This document shows positions 56,001-64,000 of a stretch of DNA of 64,000 nucleotides, one piece after another. The notes beneath the pieces were generated by a model. It saw nothing but the letters and a program-made list of their open reading frames with translations, ran no database searches and had not been told where the DNA came from. The stretch lies in NCBI RefSeq assembly GCF_009914755.1, contig NC_060947.1; one strand, given 5' to 3'. Positions within the stretch are counted from its first letter, which is position 1; each line of letters opens with the position of its first letter. This stretch comes from the human T2T-CHM13v2.0 reference genome, Homo sapiens. Both the position numbers and the translations under genes were made by a program.

Positions 56001-57991
56001 TTTGCAATATAACTGAATAGCTAAGCAGGTTCCTGAAGCAGTGGCAAGTCCCTTGGCAGAAAGCAGAGGTATATGCTATGGCTAAAGTAAGTTGTTATGA
56101 GGCCTTCAGCTGGTTGCCAAAGCAGCAACTAGCACTGAAAAAATGGGCCAAGTGTAAGGTGTCTATGGATTTAAAGGTTCCCAAAATAGAACCGCCCTAA
56201 AGATTTAGCAACTGAAATTATTAAATTCAATGGGATGGGAAAAATCCAAGCTCATACTAGGTCTAGCACTATACTGAGGGTTGGGAGAAGGTGGAAGATG
56301 GAGACAACAGGTTTTCATTGGTGATGGTCTAGTTGGGAAAACAGTGCGGAGAATGGGTTGGAGAGGGATAACTATACCGTGAGCCACTTGAGACCAGAGA
56401 CCAGGCCTGATTTGTCTTTGTATTCCCTAATATCTAGAATATATCTGGCAGAGAGAAGGCCAGTAAATGTTTGTAAAATAAGCATATAAAAAATGAAGGG
56501 ATATATGAAAAAGAATAAAAAGGAAAGAAATAAGAATGGATGTTGAAGGCCTGGAGGAAAATTTGATTCTTAATTCAAAGAGATCCTTATGTGAAAAGAA
56601 GAGAGTTCTGAAAGTGAGAAAACAGGTTGCCATTTACCCCCATATTTCAAATACAGCACTAAATAAGGCCCTTTAAGTGGAGTTTTTACAGTATGCATAT
56701 ATGTAATATAGCCCATAACCAAGAGGTTCTGCAGGGTAATCACTGATAACCATAATCAGAAAATGTTAACTCTTGTCTCCAATAATTTCCTAAATAATTA
56801 TATGTAATTTTAAACTGCTTTTACAATTATGAGTCTTGGGTTACTCAGCTATACAAGGATAATGTTGATCCCTCTTATAAATTCATTCTGGATTAAAAAG
56901 TAAATATTTACAAAGTGCTAACAAATTTCAAGAATAGTGTGACCACTCTGAGCCTGACCATCATTCTAACAGATGTTCACAAAAGAAAGTTTAGAGGTGT
57001 GATAGGCAGAATGTATCCTTCCCCACAAAAGATGTCCACATCATTATCCCTAAATACTAGAAGTGTTTTGTTACCTGGTGTTATGAGTTGACTCATGTTC
57101 CCCAAAAAGATATTTTGAAGCCCTTACTGCCAGTACCTCAGAAATGTGACCTTTTTTGGAAATTGGATCTTTACAGAGGTAATTAAGTAAAAACAAGGTG
57201 ACCCCTAATCCAAGATGACTGGTACCCTTAAAAAAAGTGAAACTTGGACACAGACACAGACACAAGGGGAGGAGATGGACATATGACCAGAGTGATGCAA
57301 GTAAACGACAAAGAATGCCAAGGATTGCCAGCAAACACCAGAACCTAGAAAAGGCAAGGAAGGACTCCATCCTAGAGCTATCAGAGAGGACATGGCCCGA
57401 TACCAACTTGATGTCATACTTCTGACCTCCAGAATCATGAGAGAGAATATATTTTTGTTGTTTTAAGCTGCCTAGCTTTTAGTACTTTGTTATGATTGCC
57501 CTATGAAATTAATACAGCTGGCAAAAGAGACTTATCTGATATAATTACAATCATGAAGTCTTAGGGAGATTATCTAGGGCCCAATATAATAATATGAGCC
57601 AATAAAAAGAGAACGTTCTCTGGCTTAAGTCGGAAATGCACTAGCAGAAGGACTTGGGGAGATCCAAAGCATGGGAAGAACGCAACTAGTCTTGCCTTTA
57701 ATAGAGGGGCCCATATAGGATGCATGTGAAGGGATACACATAATCTCTAGGAGCAACTGGCTAACAGCCAGCTATGAAAAAGGGCCACAGTCCTACAAAC
57801 ACAAATAATTCATTTCAGCCAACAAACTAAATGAGCTTGGAAGCAGATTCATCCCTGGAGTCCCCAGGAAGGAATACAAGCCTGCTGACACCTTGATTTT
57901 GGCCTTATGAGATTCTAATCAGAGGACCTAATTGAGCGAAGTTGTACCCTGACTTCTCATGGAAAGACCTGTGACATCATAAATGGGTGCT

Positions 57992-59058
57992 ATTTTTTTA
58001 TTGTGGTAAAATATACATAATATTTACCATTTAACCATTTTGTAAGAGTACAGTTCAGTGGCACTAAGTACATTTATATTGTGCAACCATCACCACCATT
58101 TATCTCCAGAACTTTCTCATCATCCCAAACTGAAACTCTGTACCCATTTGTATTAGTCTGTTCTCACACTGCTATGAAACAATACCCAAGATTGGGTGGG
58201 TGTATTAGTCTGTTCTCACCCCACTTGCTAATAAAGATATACCTAAGACTGGGTAATTTATAAAGGAAAGAAGTTTAATGGACTCACAGTTCCGCATGGC
58301 TGGGGAGGCCTCACAATCATGGCGAAAGGCAAAGGAGAAGCAAAGGCACATTTTACATGGTGGCAGGCAAGAGTATGTGCAGGGCATCTCCCCTTTATAA
58401 AACTATCAGATCTGAAGAGACTTATTCAATATCATGAGAATAGCACAGGAAATACCTGCCCCCATGATTCAATTACCTGTCCCTCCCACAACATGTGGGA
58501 ATTATGGGAGCTACAATTCAAGATGAGATTTGTGTGGGGACACAGCCAAACCATATCACTGGGTAGTTTATAAAGGAAAGATGTTTAATTGACTCACAGT
58601 TCTGCATTGCTGGTGAGGCCTCAGGAAACTTATACAATCATGGTCGCAGGCAAAAGGGAAGCAGGTACCTTCTTCACAGGGCAGTAGGATGGAGTAAGTG
58701 CAAGCAAGGGAAATGGCAGATGCTTATAAAACCATCAAATCTCATGAGAACTCACTCACTATTGCACTATCATGAGAACAGCATGGAGGAAAAGGCCCCC
58801 ATGATGCAATTATCTCCACTTGGTCCCACCCGTGGCACTTAGGGATGATGGGGATTACAATTCAAGATGAGATTTTGTGTGCTATCACAGCCAAACCATA
58901 TCACTATTAAACAAAAACATCTCATTCTTCCCTCCCTTAAACCATGGTGTCTTTCTGTCTACATATTTCACTACTCTAGATACCTCATAAAAATGGAATC
59001 CTACAGTATTTGTTCTTTAGTGTCTGGCTTATTTCACTTAGCATAATGTCTTCAAGGT
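57992..59058 (-). mobile_element. L1MB 3' end
   Basis: tttattgtggtaaaatatacataa...cttatttcacttagcataatgtcttcaaggt; 12-bp TSD TAAATGGGTGCT at 57980-91 and 59059-70. Confidence 0.85.
58149..58903 (-). mobile_element. MST LTR containing a THE1 LTR (58201-58558)
   Basis: Two tgtattagtctgttctca starts and two ccaaaccatatca ends; outer TSD ccatt/ctatt. Confidence 0.85.
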
Positions 59059-60202
59059 TAAATGGGTGCTTCTATTAAGACACTAAAACAACCTAAATTA
59101 TTGTTGCTAATTTGTTATAGTAATAGTAAAAACATTATACAGGTGTATACTTCTCAAACAAAAAAGAAGTTGTTTTCACTTTATGTATCAAATATCTCTA
59201 AAATATGCTATTTTAAATTTTTGGTTCAAAATAATCTTTATCATCTTTGCATTGTTTTACTGGATCCTCCTGTGCCTCACATTTTGTAAGCCTACATTTC
59301 ATCTCAACCTTTGCCATGACAAACAGATTTGTTTGGGGTGACCATACAGCTCCTCTTTTCAGTACCCTTTTTCTATCTCTGGGATTGGCCCTAGGGCTTG
59401 TAGATTCTGTCACAGTAGGAGCATCTGTGGAAACTGGCTTGGCACTTGCATGCGCTCAAACAGAATTTCTACGGAGCTAGAGCCACATAAGGCACCAGCA
59501 ACCAATGGGGCAGTGGGAGCTGGTAGGTAAATGCTCCCTTCATCCATCTTTCTAGAAGAGAACTCTGTGGTGCACTATTGTCTCCTCAGAGGGTCCACAG
59601 GGACTGAGTCCCTGTTTGACCACAGTGGTAACCAAATCAAGAAAGCATCATTGAATTGGCTTTTCTTCTTTCCTTAACTTATCACGAGTCCTCCATTTCT
59701 GTTCTCTCACACACTTCCCAAAATAACACTTCCTGTGAGTCTTTGCCTCAGGCGCTGAATTCTGACGGAAACTCAGATTAAGAGAACTCTGAAAACAATA
59801 CTTGCTCATTTTGGACAATTTAGGAAAGATAGAAAAATGAAAGGAAAAGAAATCCCTAATCACGTACCCGGAAGCAATCTTCATTAATATTTGAGTTCAG
59901 ACTCTTTATGAGCCCCTCATGGATCTGCACAATAACCCACCAATTTTGACTCCCCGATTTTGACTCTAATTTTGACTCTGTAGTGCCTGTCTTTGTGAGT
60001 AACATGAAATTCCATGCTTGATTTCTTTTCACGGCCTACAGATGAAGTATGTTCAGCACTCCTGAGCAAAAAGGATCTAAAAGGGACGTTTTTACATTTA
60101 CAATTCAGGCAAATTATTTTGTATCTAACAGGTCTAGATTTCTTTGGTCATTAGGAGAGAAGTACCCACTAGTTATTACATCTGTTCCATAAATTAGTTT
60201 TA

Positions 60203-60522
<320 letters not shown>

Positions 60523-61458
60523 CCAACTTGGTAAGAGGATAGTAAAAGACCTTTCCTGGAGCATTGAACATAGTGTCCTAAATGTGATTTTTGGTACTTT
60601 TCCTTGCTTTTGAAAATACAACTGAGACCTTACAGGCACACTTGCCAAAAACTAATTCTAAAATGCAGTTGCAACTCCCATGACTACAATGACATGAGGA
60701 TCATTTGGAAGAGTACATACCTCAGATCATGTGAAATAAAACTCCCATCCCTGATGATGGCATGATCCGTTCATTAAAGAGCAAGCAAGATGAAGTCATT
60801 AAGAAAAAAAGATGGAAAACACGGGAAAAGCAAAGCATTTTTGAGGGAATAAAAGAACAAATCTTTACACATTTTGCCTTTCTAGAAATATTTCATGTTA
60901 TACAAAAAGTTATTTTCAGAAAGAGATTTTCCCAGAGGTGCTAAGAAAACAATGTTAGTGAATACAAAAGTAGGCATGCTCCGGCTCATAGGCCAAGGCC
61001 TGGCACTTGCTGGTAAATGAGCACCTGCTGGAAAGTCAGTATTTCAAATCCCTAGATGCCCAGCCTCATTTTGTTGCGTGCGGGAGTTTTCTCAATTTCT
61101 GTTGAAAAGGAAGTGGGAGAAATTCAGTCCCCTTTGTGAGAAATCATGGCAGGAAAATGGAGCACCTTCCCGAGGCAAAAGGGGAGGAATGGAATTGTTG
61201 CCAGGAGACCACAGCTGCTTTCCTTTCACAGCAGAGCCACTCTCCTTTTAGTGAAAAACGTGTCCGTGATGTTGATATATGGCTAATAAAGTGTATAATT
61301 AATAATTCAGGAAAATAAAATAAAACTCATTCTGGAGTGAAAAACTGTCCACTTTATAAAATCTGTGCACGATAAATGTGACAGCAAAAGACCTGGACAA
61401 GTGGATAATAATTTATTCATAAGGCACCTCTGTGTGCTTTTCTATTTGCCCTTTTATT

Positions 61459-61464
<6 letters not shown>

Positions 61465-61510
<46 letters not shown>
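61465..61510. repeat. (GT)~23 microsatellite
   Basis: Directly visible and uninterrupted. Confidence 0.97.
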
Positions 61511-61512
<2 letters not shown>

Positions 61513-61516
61513 TTTA

Positions 61517-61840
<324 letters not shown>

Positions 61841-62749
61841 GTACTATCAGAATGAATGATACATATGTTTATTGGTTGCTGTGCTTTCTGGGAGATCCTT
61901 AACATTCTCCTTATATGTATTGTGTCCCCAAAGTAGTTCTCTTGCCTCTTGTATTAACACTCACATAATTTCATAGTGAGAACAATTTCCACTTCAGTTT
62001 TCTTACTTGGCATGTGGTCTAAATTAGCCAATTTGTATGAGAAGTAATAACTCAGCACACTTCTCTACATATTTGTCTCTGGGGAAAATTCAGTGGAGCT
62101 CCCGGGCATACTACACTTTCAAGGTTTCTTCCATTATATTATACTCAAAGACAGTTCCACAACAGCCAGAGTATGGAGAGCCTTCAGGTTTCCTTGCACC
62201 ACCTTCTTAGATCCTCTGTGGTAGCAAAATAAATATTACACTAGGGAAGTACTGCATAAAGACCTGGAGTACATGCAGTGTTGGGAGCCAATCTATTATA
62301 GCCTTGTTTTACTCAATGGATTTACCCAGCAGCCCAACAGGGCTTCTGCCTCTTCCCAGAAAAAAAAAAAAAAGTTGACAGCTATACAAATATGGTACTT
62401 GTGTAAACTATTAAAGCTCGTGGATTGATACCAACACCTATTATTATGGCTACTTCAAGCCTTCAAATCAAGAGGAAAGACTACGGAGGAAGCAAGCCTT
62501 AAGAGAAGAGAAGGAATTTGTAGAGGATGACTCTACACATTTGGGGAAGTGGGGTGGGTAGAGAGGAGGGACACAAGGGGGTAGGGAGGGTGGGTAGAGA
62601 AAGGAGAAAGAAGGTGGTAGGGAGTGGGTAGGGAGAGAATAGGGGTAGGGAGTGGGGAGTCCCGCGAGGCAGAGTGGAGAAAGGGGGAAAGAAGGGAGAG
62701 CAGCAACGACTGGGTTTAGTAGGGCACATTAAAAGGCTATTGTAGTTGT

Positions 62750-63720
62750 TCACCAAAAGATACTATCAACGGAGTGAAAAGACAGTGTGTGAAATGGAGA
62801 AAATATTTGCAAATTATATATTAATAGGTTAATATCAAGAATATATGGAGAACTCTTGTAACCAAACAAAATACAATTCATTTCAAAAATAGGCAGAGAA
62901 CTCGAATAGACATTTCTTTAATGGAGATATACAAATGGCCAATAAGCACATGAAAAGCTGTCCAACATCTCTCATTTTCAGGAAAATACAAGTCAAAACC
63001 ACAATAAGGCACCACTTCATACCCATTAGAACGGCTACCATAAGAAAAACAGAACATAACAAGTATTAGTGAAGATTGAAGAGAATAGAACCCTTATGCG
63101 CTGCTGGTGGGAATGTAAAACTGTGCAACTGCTGTGTAAAACAGTATGATAGTTCCTCAAAAAATTGAATATAGAATTACTATAGGATCCAGCAATTCTA
63201 CTTTTGGGTATAGCCCCAAAAGAAATGAAAACACGAACTTGAACAAATACGTATGTACCCATGCTCATAGCAGGATTATTCACATTAACCAAAAGGTAGA
63301 AGCAACCCAAATGCCCATCAATAGATAAATGAATAAATAAAATGTGAGATATGCATACAGTGGATTGTTATTAAGACGAGAATTCTGACATGTTACAACA
63401 TAGATGAACTGTGAAGATGTTACGTTAAATGAAATAAGATGGTCACAATGGGATAAATACCCTAAGATTCCACTTATATAAGGCACTTAGAGTAGTCAAA
63501 TTCATGAGAGACAGAAAGTAGAGTGATAGTAGCCAGGGGCTGGGAGAGGGAGGAACGCATAGCTGTTGTTTAATGAGTACAAAATTTCAGTTTTACAAGA
63601 TAAAATAAGTTGTGAAGATAGATTGTGGTGATGGCTGCACAGCAGTAATAGCACTGAACTGTACACTTCAAAATGGTTACAATGGTAAATTTTAAGTTAT
63701 GTATATTTTAACACAATTCA
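62750..63720 (+). mobile_element. L1MB-type 3' fragment
   Basis: atggccaataagcacatgaaaag...gctggtgggaatgtaaaa...ggatccagcaattc...aaaatggttacaatggtaaattttaagttatg. Confidence 0.88.
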
Positions 63721-64000
63721 AAAGTAAACATATCAAAAAAAGTACAGAAATTCGTCTCAGAGAGTTATGCTAATGAATGAAAGAGGAAATTTTCCAGCAA
63801 TGTCAACAAGCTCAGGAGATGCAGTTTTTAATCCAAAACGAGCCAAGCATTCTTGTATTTTAAAAATTCATGTTTGATTCTTCTTCTGTAACTAGTCCTA
63901 ACAACTTGTCCTATAAAGTTATAGTTATGTTAAATTACATTTTAATAAATAAAAGGTTATTGTAGTAGTACAAAGCATGAAATGGAAAAAAAATAGGACT

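Larger units (their letters stand above)
56997..59141 (+). mobile_element. MLT1 LTR hosting nested insertions (MLT1B/C at ~57078-57516; L1MB with MST and THE1)
   Basis: MLT1 text gtgataggcagaat...cacaaaagatgtccaca resumes after each insertion (gctgacaccttgattttggcc; taatttgttatag). Confidence 0.7.

Overview
Primate (hominoid, probably human) genomic DNA. It contains Alu, SVA, LTR12, THE1 and L1PB elements and no intact protein-coding gene; the listed ORFs are short, chance or repeat-derived. The left ~34 kb holds remnants of what looks like an ancient, internally tandem-duplicated multi-exon gene on the + strand. Its homologous exon-like blocks retain splice signals and show synonymous-biased divergence, but now carry stops and frameshifts. 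A near full-length L1PB in this region is split at its ORF1/ORF2 boundary by a ~6.8 kb block of genomic DNA. Other notable items are a complete THE1 provirus, solo LTR10 and LTR12C, a decayed class I ERV env fragment, a 5'-truncated old SVA, and a MER1A that carries an inverted copy of its own end and flank. The right ~25 kb is an ordinary mosaic of old repeats. Repeat family names come from recalled consensus sequences, not a database search, so subfamily calls and many boundaries are approximate. I could not identify the locus or the ancestral gene.
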